The notes under the pieces were generated by a model, which was given only the letters and a program-made list of their open reading frames with translations, had not been told where the DNA came from and searched no databases. A stretch of DNA of 64,000 nt from Phoronis australis (taxonomy: Eukaryota > Animalia > Phoronida): assembly GCA_002633005.1 (NCBI GenBank), contig NMRA01000775.1:1-64000 (forward strand), read 5' to 3'. Position numbers and translations under genes: made by a program. Below, in pieces: positions 10,291 through 24,196 of this stretch (the stretch's first letter is position 1; every line of letters begins with the position of its first letter).

Positions 10291-12382
10291 TACATGTAGC
10301 TAGATCATCATAACAATCAGAAATCACCTTTTAACATGAATTTTAAAAAAATCATGTTATCTTCATTATTCTTGAAAACAGAAGTGAAGAAGAAACAGGG
10401 CTTCTTATACAAAACATTTTATGATATCAGTAATAACACGTTTCAAAGCTCAATGTTGTGGTGCTGTAACCCGGGGAGTACTCTGCTGTATTTGAAGAAG
10501 ACAGTGCATTTGGATTTTTAGGATACCTACACGTTCAGAGAATGAACTCGAAAAAGCGACCCTCTGATAGGTAGCTTACGTAAAAATCGCTCTTAAGCAG
10601 GTTTTTTCCCAGGAACATCATAATTTTGAAGGGCCTCGTCAGGCCTTGGAATGACCAATGACAAAAAAGAGAAAAATTTTCCAGGTGATGTACCGCTCCA
10701 CAAATAAACAGGTTTGTGTGATAGAAATATTTTTGTGTTGTAAAATTTAAGTGAAATAAACCTTTTTGCATGAAAAAAGTCAAAATATTAATAGAAAGAG
10801 CAGAAAAAAGGAAACTGGAAATCAAATACGAGGAAATCGAGACCAAAAAGAGGAAAATTTCAAGCCTTGTTTTATTCCGTCCTTAATCTACCAAACGCTT
10901 TCGTGTGGATTCTGGACTAGCTGACTGTCGAACGCAATTAGTCCTACAAAACCTACCGTTGGGACATTGGTTGTGAAAAGCTCACCCTTCTCAACGGTAC
11001 GTCCGATGTATATTTTGGTGGGGATTATCCTCGCCGTGGCAGTGTCGATTACAGCGCCTTCAGGCAACACGTTTTCCTTCGGCGTTGCTGCACTGCATTG
11101 TCCCATGAATAGTCAACTCATTACACTGATAGTGCACAAAATCTGTGATCTTGCACACAAACCGCGACCGACACTATTTGATGCGATGACATATATTCGC
11201 TAGAGACGTCTGGTGTGACGCACGTAGTACTTACAGCAAGTACGTCATTTGCTTAACAAATAAGCATTGCAAGAGAGTGGCGCCTCCTCTGGGAACTCGG
11301 AAAGAAAATACCTGAGTTGCAAATCTGTTGTCTTAGATATATGATTTGAAAAATGATGATCAAGTCGATTTGACCATAGACATAGTACATGGACCGCCAA
11401 CTCTGTATATTGTTAGTGGACAAAATCGCGAGATCAACTACTGGAAGTCACTAGGTGTGTATAACCATTGTACTTCCTGCAAGTAAGTCGTCTGTTCACT
11501 GAGCGGAAAGTAGCGTTTCTGGTGAGAAATTCCATGTAAAAATGTTGGAGTTGTGAATCAGTCTATTATCTGTGGTTTGACTGCGAAGAAAGTCTCCACA
11601 GAGCTGAGTAATGACTCATTTGTAATGTGCACTTTTTACAGTGAACAAATTGAATAACTACTTTCAATTTCCTACTTGCAAACTAATCCCTGTTTGTGAG
11701 TCTAGAGATAACAAGCGATTGATATGTCCCTAGTAAGTGAAACTATATCATGAATAGTTTGTTTATTTGTCATTTATAAAGAACAGTGTTTCCGTTTATC
11801 GATAAATCCCAGTATTTTACGGGCATCTTTAAGTTGTACCGGAATTGTGTATCTCCGCCGGCCAAACCCGCTAGTCCTTGGGACCCGTCCGGCAAAATTC
11901 TTGAGCGTTTACGTTGAACAAAAATATCGTAAATCTTTGGCAATTTTTGCCCTAAAACAATTAACCACTGGACCAAATGTCGCGATGGTCATCCGAGACC
12001 TTTGAAATTGAAGTACACTGACCCGAAGTTCAAAGCATTTGCCGTAACGGTAAGACTAGTTCCTGAACCGAATGTTGAATCGGCATACTCTAACTGACAC
12101 GTGTATTTGAGTAGCTAAGTGCGTAACATGAAATGGGGGAAAATGCACGTTGAAAAAAAATGCCAAAATTCTAGGACTGACCAGTTGCACAAATGTCATC
12201 AAAGTCGTTGAATATGCAAACTATAAATCTAAGCGCAATCTCACTCCATTTGTTCACACTTTTCAATTTTTAACAACAAACATCTAATAGTGGATACGTG
12301 CATTCAACATTTATTTTTGCATGAACCTAAAAACGTCGAAATACTTCGACTTAGTGTAGAATTCTGTTATTGTTCTGAAACA

Positions 12383-12470
12383 CCCTCGACCCCCACACCT
12401 CTCGACCCACGACCCCCTCGACCCACGACCCTCGACACCCTCGACCCACGACCCACAACCCCGTCGACCC
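12383..12470 (+). repeat. (CCTCGACCCACGAC)-type short tandem repeat
   Basis: Repeated cctcgacc/cacgacc units, probably the subterminal array of a non-autonomous DNA element. Confidence 0.8.
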
Positions 12471-15400
12471 AGTCTACATAAGCTCGACTGGATCTGAACA
12501 AAGAACAATCGCTGACTTGTAGGACCAATGGGTTGGGCCTTGAGCTCGGCTGGCTTTTCCCTGTTTTTGCAATTAAGGCAGTCGATTCGAAAGGAGTGAA
12601 AGCCAAAAACAGAAAAGAAAACAATGCGACCAAATCAAATCAAAGACCTACCAACCTACAAATGTCGTTCACGTCAGAATGTAATCGTTTCGTCTGCTCT
12701 TCAGGGAATTGCAGATTGCGAGGAACCGACAAAATGTAATTACACCAGTAAATACAGTTTGAAAAAACAAACTGTTAACTAAAAAGTATTTTTCAAAGTT
12801 ATGTGTACAAGAAAAGAACGGTTATTTAAAAAAATAAATTTGTTGTGTTTTATTAAGAGGTTGTGGTAGACTTTAAACCTGGTAAGTGCAAATTTCAACG
12901 CATACGTCTTTGCTGCAATTTTCATCCAATGAAGTCAAATTAATTAGGTTTAAATGACGGGTGATTTTCTCAGGGATCGAAAATTAATTAAGCAGTCGGT
13001 CCTCCTGGCCGCGGCTTCAAAAACCCAGCGGAACCGTTGTTAAAAACTTCACACGGTGTAGTAACGCCGCCGATAGGTTTGAAATAAATAAGACAGTGTA
13101 CTTAGCGTAGGCTATATACAGTACGTGTATGTGCCTACAAAGTATGTGAAACAGAGCCCACATCCAGAATCAGGCGTACACCTGTATGCGCATGCTTGAA
13201 ACACTTGGGTACCACAAGAAAGTCATTTGTTCAATATCATGTGAGTGAGACTTATTTCTTTATAACGTGTCTCTGACTGTCAAGGCTGTAAAGTGCACTC
13301 AATTTCATAGACAGAAACCCGTATGGATGAGTGAAACCAATACCTAGCTCTTAAAAGAATTCCAACTCCGGTCTTGGCCTATTAACAGATACTAAAAACG
13401 ACTTTCCCGTCCAGTTTTTTTGAAACGAAATAACGCTCTGTAACCATCGACATCCCCAAAAGTTTAAAAGATTGAAAACTCCTTTCAAAGTCTGCATTTA
13501 CCGAATTACACAGCAACTGTGGCAAAAGACCACCCACCAAGGACCATAAAGTCCAATTTGTGAGATAGGCAGCATGAGTTTATAGTGGAATCCTGCTTTT
13601 ATCTTTCAAGATTGACAACAATGATGCATTAGCAGGTGACAGAACGAGGTTGAAATCTTTAAAACAGGCTTTAGTATCCTTTTAAGGGTTGGTTTACCGA
13701 CTAATTGGGAACATGCATATGCGAAACATTGGAGTAAGATATTTTTTTTGAAAACTCCCAATTATTTCGGATATGGGCCGGAATACATGCACATACGGTG
13801 TAGCGTGGGGAATACAGCGTGGTTTTCCGATTGTAAGAACAGTAGCCTGTTGCATCTTATTGTTTTTATTAGTCACGGTTTAATTTGCATCCCCAGTTTC
13901 ATCAGAAAGTGGGCTCTCAGTGGTGTGTCGACGTTGCTGGGTATTTGAAGTTTTACACTGCTTTTGAAGGCTGCGAATGGGATTTTGATTCATTTTTAGC
14001 GTGTTCAACGAAAAAATGCAAGTTTTCCCCCCTTGGCCCATTCTTCTCATCCTTAGCAAAATTACAGCAAATGGAATTTTTATGATTTTCAAGAAAAAAT
14101 CGTAAATGGCATGAAACGAAAACGTAATGTAACTGCGTTTTTGCGACCTCATCCTGGACATTTAACACCGATTGGCTACTGCCACGTTGCCACGTAAAAT
14201 CGCCTTCTCATTATTCAGAACATACGCTAGTGGCGTTGAGCAATGAAATTTAATAAGACACGGCCCTGAAACAAAATCTTTCATAATGGAGTCGAGTTTT
14301 AATACTGGCAGATGTCACGACATCTTGCGTTAAGGCACGGTGGCTGACTTTCCAAAAAAGTTTCATCTTGCTGCTGTTCTTGACTTCACTTCTTTATCCT
14401 ATCTAGACAGCTTGCAAGAACCGTTGGGTGTTAACCGTGATGAGCAACGGCAGTCCGGATGGCGAATGTTTGCGTACTTGTCTCCAAAGCGTGAGCAACC
14501 CGCAATCACGTGACGTTGTTACACAAATATCAATCCAAAATAAGTAAAGTTATGACAGTTTTACCGCACAGTCGGAAAGGGAAACGTATGACAGAAACAC
14601 CGGGAATTTTGTGACAGGATTTTGTTAAACATTGCACCTTTGAAACTCGACAACTTACGGCATCTTCGCACTTAGCACTTCCGGAGAACAGAGCCGCACC
14701 AAGCACACTATTCGTATGCGGTTGTTTTGATTATCACCATTTTACCATTATGTAGATGGAACAATATTAAACACGACAAATAAAGGTAAAGCACGTTGTA
14801 ATCGTTATATTATTATGAAAAATACCCCAAAATTAATTTTCTAATTGCTTGCGTGTCACGTTTTTGTGAACACTGGCGTGAAAGAGTTTTTGACAATGAG
14901 CCTGCAATCAGTGGAAAATGTCAAAATTTAACTTTAGAAACAACACCAAATGAAGTCTCTGAAAATTAAAGATCAAAATGAAAATAAAAGTATGTGGAAT
15001 GGGAGATACATGTCTATGAACGAGACTAAGTAACTTATCAACATTTGAAAAGGGTGTCATGTCACTTTGAAGCATTAGCTCCAGTGATGTTTTATTTGAA
15101 AACAAATTTGAAGACAGCAGTTATTTGTAAAATATTGTTATATAAAGAACGCTTCTTTTACGAAGGTTGTTTAAACTGCCTGCTCAGGTTTTCGATGAAA
15201 AAAAAAAAAAAAAAAGATTTCCAGTTTACGCCCCATCCGATCAGAACAGTAAATACGAGTGTTGGCACGTGGACAAGTGTGCATGATTTTAGTATCAAAG
15301 ATGGGCAAATCCAAAGAAAATTAAACGCCCTCGCGATAGTCATCCGGTATTCATAACCAGATCGGTCAATGGAAATGCACGACTTGCATCGTTTACAACT

Positions 15401-15489
15401 ACAGCGCAATGAAATAACGTTCAGTGATGGTCGTGAAAAGAATGGTTAGTACTAAATGGGAGTGATGATTACGGCCACTGTGATGACGA

Positions 15490-15896
15490 AGATGATTATG
15501 GTGAAAAACACGAAACTGATGAATGGTGGGGGTGATAGTGATCATAATGACGAAGATGAAAACGGTGGTGATGATGATGGTGGTGATGATGAAGGTGGTG
15601 ATGAAAATGATCATAATGATGTTAACGACGAAGATGATGATGGTGGTGGTGATGATGATGATAGTGATGATGAAAATGATGATGGTGGTGACGATAATGA
15701 TCGTAATGATGGTAATGACGAAGATGGAGATGGTGGTGATGATGATGGTGGTGATGATGATGGTGATGATGAAAATGACGATGGTGGTGATGATAATGAT
15801 CGTGATGATGGTAATGACGAAGATGGAGATGGTTGTGATGATGATGATGATGGTGATGATGATGGTGATGATGATGTGATGGTGATGATAATGATG
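15490..15896 (+). repeat. (GAT/GGT/GAC)n trinucleotide low-complexity repeat with internal duplication
   Basis: Seen directly. It produces spurious poly-Asp, poly-Met and poly-Ser ORFs. Confidence 0.9.
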
Positions 15897-18078
15897 TTCA
15901 GGATGGACGTTAACAAACGTTACACACGATTTCTTGTTTTTTCATTGTGTCGCAAGTTGTGATTAATTTCCCCTTATATGCCTTATCAATATGCTACATG
16001 AGTTTTAGAATTAAAAATCTTGGCTTTGAATTACCCCGTTAATCCAGACGATAAGCGTTGGTTGTGGTCACCATGCCCGATGATCACAATATTACTCGAG
16101 CAGAACATTTTCTTTTTGTTTATAGTACAGTTGCACTTCTATTTTCGTATATTGTGAAAGTTATCCGAAAGGAACAGCAGAAATTCAATAGATATTAGTC
16201 TCAGAAGAGTTGCAGAAAACGACAGAGACAATAGATAATGTGAAATGTTAAAATTCTTATACAAATCAGAATGTATCTTAGAACGGTAAATTTAAACTCG
16301 ACAAATGGCTTCGTTTTCGAGATACACATCATACTCATATGATAGTAGACTTTGGATTCCATAAAAATCTCTGTTGGGTCCTGTTGGAACCCTGACACGT
16401 GATTTGCGTGAGCTGCGTGAGTGCAATACGTGTGTGTGCTGGCGGACTAGTCCACATTGTTGTACACTTTCAACCCCTATCCGAAACACCTCAGGTATTT
16501 TGTAGCCACAAATTATTCGTGTTTCACAGGCAGATCTCTTTTCCCTTGATGTTATTGATGTCAAATCTAGAATTTTCAAATTGTTTACTTGGAACCCCTT
16601 TCTTGAAAAAATCCGACCCCTCTTCTAAAAAATCCTGAATCCATATCTGATATCTGCGTATGCACGAACTTCAATCATTATGGCAAGTTACTTGAGTATC
16701 GAATGGAAAATGGCGTCGAATGCGCTGAGATAGATATAAGAGGCAGGCTGAGGAATGGAAATGAGGTCGCGTCTGTTAAGCTGAAGCCACGATTCGCCGT
16801 CTCTGGACCAAGTCCTACTGTTACAATTGAAGTTCGCACATGCGCAGATAAAAACACTTCCGATGGATGATATGGATAACACCATACTACTACATGCGAA
16901 CAACTTTGACAGCGAACCTGACCATTGAAGTCGCTTGCGTTGATGAGACGGTGACAGTGACGAATATGGTGATTAGAAGGAGACATCAATTGCTTTACAT
17001 TACTTTACTTTAAGTCTTTGCGGTATATTTATATAGACTAGGCTAAAATATCAATTCAGGTAACCGTGTGATTCAATGTACATTTAATGGCCTGTTAGCG
17101 GCTGATTTAATTACGGCCTTTTCTAGTCGTGTGGGCATTAATTGTTTTATATCTGTAGTGCCTACCCTTCAGTATGAGATAAGAAATGAAATATATTGAC
17201 GCTGCCTTTAAACTTCAAAGAAGGTACTCGGAAATCTTGTAGTAAAATTTGTACTTATGTACGTTGCATAGGTCTTTTGTTCTTAGCTGAATAAAGTAAA
17301 ATCTTCGTTAACAGCGGAGAAAAGAGTGGGGAGGGAAGTAGCGCATTCACAATGTAGGTCGATGCATTTTTAAAACTTACCTGGTTGAGAGTTAAGTACA
17401 TAAAATAAGGAAAAATGATCTTAAGTTGATGAGTACGTTTATTACATTGAATGCTCTTTTCTCAGATAACTTATCTAGGTCACGTGTGAAATGCATTCTG
17501 GGACATGCCAGGCGCAAATGCGAGAACTTGACACGGTAATCAGTGGACAGAAAAGTAAATTCTTGAGTGTCTTCGTTATTAGTCCGGTCAATTGCTGCTC
17601 TTGTTTGCAACAGACAACGAGTAGACAGAGGTTTTGAAACTGAAAAAACACTTGACTTTTAGCGCATGTCAAGAAATGTAAGTTCTGGAATAAAAACTGA
17701 CTTTGCCTCTTAAATTTACTTTTGGTTGTATCATGACTTTAGCTCAGCGCAGTGGTGTGTCCAGTCTATGTCTATTGACTAATTCATAAAACATGTACGT
17801 GACCTTGACTTTTCAACATAAAACCTAACATTTCTTACCGCACTTGCACTGCGGCCTTTTCTATTTATATTCAGCGCTATGCAATCGCAATTTCGATTAA
17901 GATTAAACCATACAGTAAACCTAAATTTTAGGGAGCTAACACAGTTTCAGTTTCTCGTTGTTTTTTTATTTCAGTTTTCATATTTTGTAATTTTGTCTTT
18001 GCCTGCCACAAATCTTACAAAAATGTGGGGTCGACAACAAAAATATTTTGTTCATGACAGCCAGCTAAACAGAGGCAC

Positions 18079-18197
18079 GTATGTATGTATGTACGTATGT
18101 ATGTATGTATGTATGTATGTATGTATGTATGTATGTGTGTATGTATTTATGTATGTTTTATATATGTATGTTTCATATATGTATGTATGTGTGTATG
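18079..18197 (+). repeat. (TATG)n microsatellite
   Basis: Seen directly. Confidence 0.95.
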
Positions 18198-21009
18198 CAA
18201 TAATTTATATGTTTCATCATATTCATTATCATCATCATTGAGAATGTGTTGTTTTACATGAAAAATTAACGATGGAGAGACGACGTATTGTAAATTAATC
18301 TGCAAATTGCAATGTCAACGAACACATGCTACTTCGTTTAGTATTTTCAAAGTTTCAAATACTTGTCTCACGACAACTGTTTCAATTGTACGTTGAACCG
18401 GAACACGGATACCTCAGTGTAGCACACATTCGGCCATAAAATGTTCCACCAATTCTGTCTCTCAAAACAAATTACCTCAAACACCTAAGATTGCAGCAGG
18501 AAACTCCTGACTAATGATATATGAGGAAAGCGTTTTTGTCCTACGGTGAGAGGACAAGGTTCTAAGAAAAACACCAACCAGAGAATGAGCCACAAAATGT
18601 GCGGATTTTGTAGTGCTTCACTGCTCCAGAAAGATGGCTTTACTTTTGAATAATAAAGGTGTATTCATATCCAATTACGATCTAAAATGGAAAGAACGAA
18701 ATTAAATCTCGCAAACTCACGAAGTTTCCCTTGCCACGATATCATTTGATCTCTATGATTAAAAGAAATTGAAGGGACACTTAACATTGGCTTGATGCGA
18801 CCCGATTTTGACGGGTTGACTTACCCGTCAAAACCGGTAACTTGTTGCAACTGACTGCAAATGCTGGCCCCCAGGATGACATATATCAGCGACGGAGTTC
18901 ATTACTTCATGGTGCGTATAGATTTGAAACATAAAGTTCGTTGTGTGTCTTTGAGGGACCTGCGCATTGAGTAAACAGGAAGTGCATATCAAAGTGACTC
19001 TTTAAAATCATTATCAATGGATCACACAGGTACATACATTTTCTAAACGTTTGAGACTCATGCTCAGCTAATCTCTTTACCACTGAAACTCGCCCTAAAC
19101 AATTCTCTAGACGTTTCTGAAACCTGAAACCCGCAGTGCCATTTGACGAATTTTCACGTGTCTGTGTTTTACCACCATAAGTCATAAAACTTGATTAAAT
19201 GTATTTCAAATTATTTGCAATTTCCTGATGAACACATTCATGTATGAATTATGTCCAAGTGATCAATTTTCTGGAAAGTAGTGCCAAAAACAGATGGTAC
19301 ACTTACCTTCTTCATGTAAACGCAGTAATGGCCTCAGCGTGTTCCTCACAGAGATTAGGAGTGACGTTTTGTGGTTTCGGAACAACTGAAAATAGTTCCT
19401 GCTTAAGACTTCTCGGTAAAAGGACCTGCGTGTCGCTAGACTTGTGCTCCAAAAAATAATGCGCCTGTTGGCAGGTTTGAAAAAAGACTAATTCCTTGTA
19501 TGATCCCTTCACAAATCGGATTTTTTTCCAAAAAAGGCGTAACTGGAAATACATGTGGGCAAAATGGTTTTGATTGATAACGCGTACTTTGAATTTTGAA
19601 TAGTAATCAAAGTGGACGTAAGCATTATTTTTAAGGATATAAACAAAACGCAATTATTTTGATGACTTGAATTTGATTAGCCACATGAGTCGCGCTCCCA
19701 ACAATCAATCTTAGGTGTACTAAATTAATTGTGTACGTAATTTATTTTAGAATGGATCTAAGTGAAATTTTTTAACAGAAAAGCATAAGGCGCAGAATTA
19801 AAAGCATAGTACACTGCAACTGTGTGCAAGGAGTGTAGAAGGATGTGGCATGGCAACATGGCTTGTTGAAAAAACAAGGAATTTCAGGAGTCGAATAAAT
19901 GCTCCACTATTAATATATTCGAAAGTCGGTGGGCGCAATCTTAACGATGCATTTCGGAAATCAGATTTGACCACCGTGTTTCCATTAGAACGGTCTCTGG
20001 TGTCGCTATAGTGAACGCTTAATAGATTTTCCGTTGAAAGTATACGAACAGACTTAGCTACCGTTTACGTTCTAGGCGATCATGATGTCAACAAGAAGTA
20101 GCCACTTGTTGTCCGCTCAGCGTTAATTCGAAAATCTTCTGCAGCTAAATAGCCGTCATGGGTGTACCTGGATCCCCGTGGACGTTACCGGTTCAGGTTT
20201 TGTTTTTGAAATATTGAAGCATACAGCTGTGAATTAAATTTGAAAATTCTAGGTTCAACCAACCTGAAATCCAACCATGGTATTTTAAGAGTCAAATTTC
20301 ATGCTTTGTTTTCTACTTAAAATTGAAACTAGACCTTGTGAAACATTCAGCCGATAATCCTTTTCACGGATATTTAGATAACGGCACTGTTGTGATTTTT
20401 CGCCAAACAGCTAACGAACTGCATCTATCTACCTATTCTTGATGGTGCTACGCATAGAAAATACAGGTCTTGCAAATCGATAAGACAAATGCGACCACCC
20501 ACGCAAACGCCAACATCCAAAAAACTGACGTCCGGAAAAAAACTCGATCAGCGGACACGAATGATGCACAACCTTTCAACCAACCAAATCATTCTTATGA
20601 ATTGCAGTGTGGAGATTGGTTGGGCTGTTGTTTAGTTGCACGGTCGCAAAACTGGAACATGATCGACAAATCAATCTCTCTCTAAGATGGCCGCCATCAC
20701 TTATTACAAATTGTGTGATATTGTAGGATTAATTAATTTTAGGAGTGGGAATGTTTTTTCTTTGTACTAAAAATCCCGCATGATTCAGTAATTTTACTGT
20801 CCACATAACGGTTGAAAAGGCAAATAATTACTTGTTTCACTTAAAAACGATTAATTTTACGCAGTGTTACCATTTCGTACAATGCGTCAAACATCCCAGA
20901 ATGGTTTCTTAAGTTCTTGTAGGTGGCAGAGGTACACCCAGTAGCAAGTCTAACTGCAAGTCAGTAGGATTAAAATCGTGTCCAAAATTATGAACTGTTA
21001 TTTGTGAGC

Positions 21010-22540
21010 CAGGTCACCCAGAGCACTGTTCACCAGACTGACGGGGGGCTCTACATTGAAGAGACGTGTTCGAATATTTGGAGGGTCCTCTGCAGCCTTT
21101 CTTGCAACCAAATCGCAAGAGTTACCTGGTAGAATCTGATCCTTCTGGTAGGATAGTCCACCACCAGACTTCTTATTCCACCCCTATTCACTTGGTGGCG
21201 GACGCTACAGAGCAAGGGTCATCATTTAGGCTTAACAGTAACCAGCCTGGTTGCAACTCTCTGAGTACGTCGGTTGAGTTTAACCTGTGTAGGAGGCACA
21301 CCATCAATAGCTCTACCTTTCAGGTCTTCTGTTGTCTCGTTCACTCTCTCCTTTATGCTAGTGTAATCATGCAGCAGGACCACAAATCGCCCCAGTGGTT
21401 GCACCCACTCGTCAATGGCACCTGGTTCTGGCATGGTACCCAAGGCACATAATGCTGGTGTGACGTCTTCCTAAGTAGTCCAGGTGCTCCATGCAGTATT
21501 CTTGCACCTGCCATCAAAACAGGACACCGTGTCACACCATGAGACGTTTGTTGGTGTTCTTTTCTGTTACCTTATCCAGTAAGGAAATTGGCCTCGTTGT
21601 GTTGTCGTCAATGCGGAGCAACTCTTACCATGTTCCAGGAATTACACTTAATGGCACGACTCGTTTCCCAACTCCATTCCCCCTCTTGCAGCAAGTGTCC
21701 GCCTTCAAGTTGGCTGCCATATACAGATCCCAAGCAATGTCTAATCTGTCTACACGCTGATGTGACATACGGCACGAATTCATCAGTCGCATTACCTTGG
21801 AATGTCTTTGCAGTGTCTGGTCGCAGTATGTTGACGATGTCAGCATCATCAGGATGTTAACCTGTACTTTGGGGGTGGAGAGGTTCTCACTCACTGGAAC
21901 AAGGTTTTTCAAGCAGCCCATCAAGCTTGGCTTGGTTATAGTTTTCAGGTTGGCCCTCTAGGTAGGGTCCGATTTTCGTTCCGAAAGATCTCGTCCAAAT
22001 CTCCACGGTGTATCTGGGATGCTATGTACTGCCTGGCAAAGAGCGAGGAGTCGTTTTCAAAAATGACCTCTGTAACCGAATCCTGTTTCCTAGACTTCTC
22101 TTTTGGGGTCGATGATAGGCACTGTCTGGTTTATAAGCCTCTCTTCAACATAGTTCTCATACTCCTTGAGTCCACTTGTGGGCCGCACTGTGTGTACAAA
22201 TGCTGTGTCCACAATGCCTTTGCTGTTCAGGACAAGAAGATCACTGCTGTATTCAGCGAACGCGTTCCCCAACTTTTCTATAGCTTGATTCACTGAGCGC
22301 AAATCTTGTGCAAATGCCATCTGCGCATGCCTCATGTGTTCACGATGATGTCCCTCTGTGTCCTACCTTTTCTCGGGTTACTGAGTCAAAGGAACCATCT
22401 TGGGACCACATGCCATCCAGGGACGATGAGCTGCAGGACTCTCCGCCAGTCCCACTGCAACTCCGTCTCCCTTTACAGAAGCATTCAGTGAAGTGGATAT
22501 ACGTGCATGGGTTTCGTTTATTCTGGTTTTGTTGAAGAGA
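21010..22540 (-). mobile_element. Degenerate AcademX-like DNA transposon ORF (XPG/PIN-like nuclease plus Cys-rich CXC tail)
   Basis: Frameshifted minus-strand motifs appear in the expected order: QMAFAQDLRSVNQAIEKLGNAFAEYSSDLLVLNSK; LDIAWDLYMAANLKADT..KRGNGVGKRV..IPGTW; CDTVSCFDGRCKNTAWSTW (H3TH-like); RFVVLLHDYTS..VNE..KGRAIDGVPPT; WWTILPEGSD..LLRFGCKKGCRG. Confidence 0.65.
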
Positions 22541-23878
22541 AGGTTGGCTCCCCTGCGCTGACCCTCCCCCTAAATCTGACCATGGGAGGCTTACTTCTGT
22601 ATCACAAGTGCTATTTTCCTTAGCAGCTCGAGTTTATTGCCAATATAAACTCCAACTCACCTGGTAAATTATGCAGTCAACCTCACCACCGTTTGTACAT
22701 TCAATTGAGTGAAAGGGTTGCCAATAGCACCAGCCAGGGTTTCACTAAAACGCGTCCAAGTCAAGGAAACATACACATAGGGTCTGACCATAGATAACAG
22801 ACAAAAATTTCGCAGCTTTTTATGAAATTCTCAGAGGGGACACAGCTTGCTTTGTGCGCTAATGTCAGATTCCGCTTAGTGCATTAGAACGGGAAAATTT
22901 GTTGCCTATACTACTGCATAGTAGCTGTCCGTGACGAACTTAAACAAAACATTTCGACATTGTAAAGGCATTCACGTTTAGTAGAACTCTTGGGGTCGTG
23001 AGTAATTTTGACAATAACTCAGGTGATGCAATAAGGTTAAGCTCTGACTAAACAAACCAGTCAGCAGTAGTACATGTACATATGAATGGAAGTAAAGCGA
23101 ATTAACTGGACAGACACCACTAGTGAATAACGACGCTGCGGACTGTGTGCTAGATCAAACAGTTAGCGTTACTCCGTGAAGTGACGTTTGAAATAACGGG
23201 AAAACAATAAAGACAACCGTGAACCTCTCAAGTGCCATGCGTCTAACACGTCAGTTTTCAACATTATGTTTTCTCAGCTTTCAAAACTGTTTGCACACAA
23301 CCCTGACGTCAAGTTTGAGACTAAGATGACTAATCTGTCTTTATTAACTTCGTAATCAAAATTTGGTTTATTTTAAGTTGATCCGAATCTCATTTCAACC
23401 GAAGCAGTGTTTGGAAAATTATCATGTGACTTGACCTTGAATGGCCTTGCAAGCATTAAAAATAAATCGTACATCTAGACTTAAAAATCAAGAAAAAATA
23501 ACCAGACTCTATGAACAATTTCATGAGATATACTAACAAGTACATGTTGTTTATGCTAGTGCGCATACAAACTAGTGTTAATGAGGTTAAAATTGATTGA
23601 CCTATATCAGGATCGAAAAAGCAACTCAAAATAGTCACATGGACAAAATATTACGATTTCTTCATTAAGTTGTACACACTTGCCTTGTTTTGACCTTTGA
23701 CTCTTGACCTCATAGTAAGCAAATGCGTAGCAACAGCGCGGCATCATTTATGCAATAGGTTCCTAAAATTCTATATTTGATTACCTTGCCTTTGTATGGT
23801 GGTCAGTAACCCAATAACTTCCTCGTACGCCTAGGTTTCGTTCTTGTAATAAATGTATCTTGTTGACCTCACTAATCT

Positions 23879-24023
23879 ACGGGGCCCACGAAGTGGCATG
23901 AAATAAAAACATATCTTGTGGGAACGAGTTCTTAATGACTTAGTATCTCGTTCGCACATATTTCTTCCCCCTCTGGTGAAATAACATGTGGAAACGAGAT
24001 ATTAAATTAGTAACTCGTTCCCA
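23879..24023. mobile_element. MITE fragment with tandem GTGGGAACGAG...CTCGTTCCCAC hairpin units
   Basis: Two successive imperfect inverted units at about 23918-23956 and 23988-24023. Confidence 0.5.
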
Positions 24024-24032
24024 CTAATTGAC

Positions 24033-24196
24033 ATATCGCCAGGATTTTGAATGACGGCTTGACTAACCAGTTAGCATTATTGACACACCTTCGTATCCAA
24101 GCCGCCATTTTATCCGACAAACAACACGTTGTCGGGTAAAACTTATTGTTTGTTAGTAGACATTACGCAAGGGGTGGAGCTTGCGATATGTCAATC
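24033..24196 (+). repeat. Dispersed repeat, copy 1 (second copy 51215-51383)
   Basis: Shared blocks atcgccaggatttt, ttgacacaccttc, tccaag.cgccat.tta, acaaacaacacg, ggtaaaacttatt, aaggggt. Confidence 0.75.

Noticed and set aside
15399-15962. Asp/Gly-rich, Met-rich and Ser-rich ORFs (also 49754-50167 and 42001-42387)
   Set aside because: They are open in several frames only because of GAT-type trinucleotide repeats. There is no signal peptide or other coding context, although an acidic exon cannot be fully excluded.
16670-16870. Protein-like open frame YGKLLEYRMENGVECAEIDIRGRLRNG...
   Set aside because: It is short, has no recognisable domain and lacks clear splice signals.
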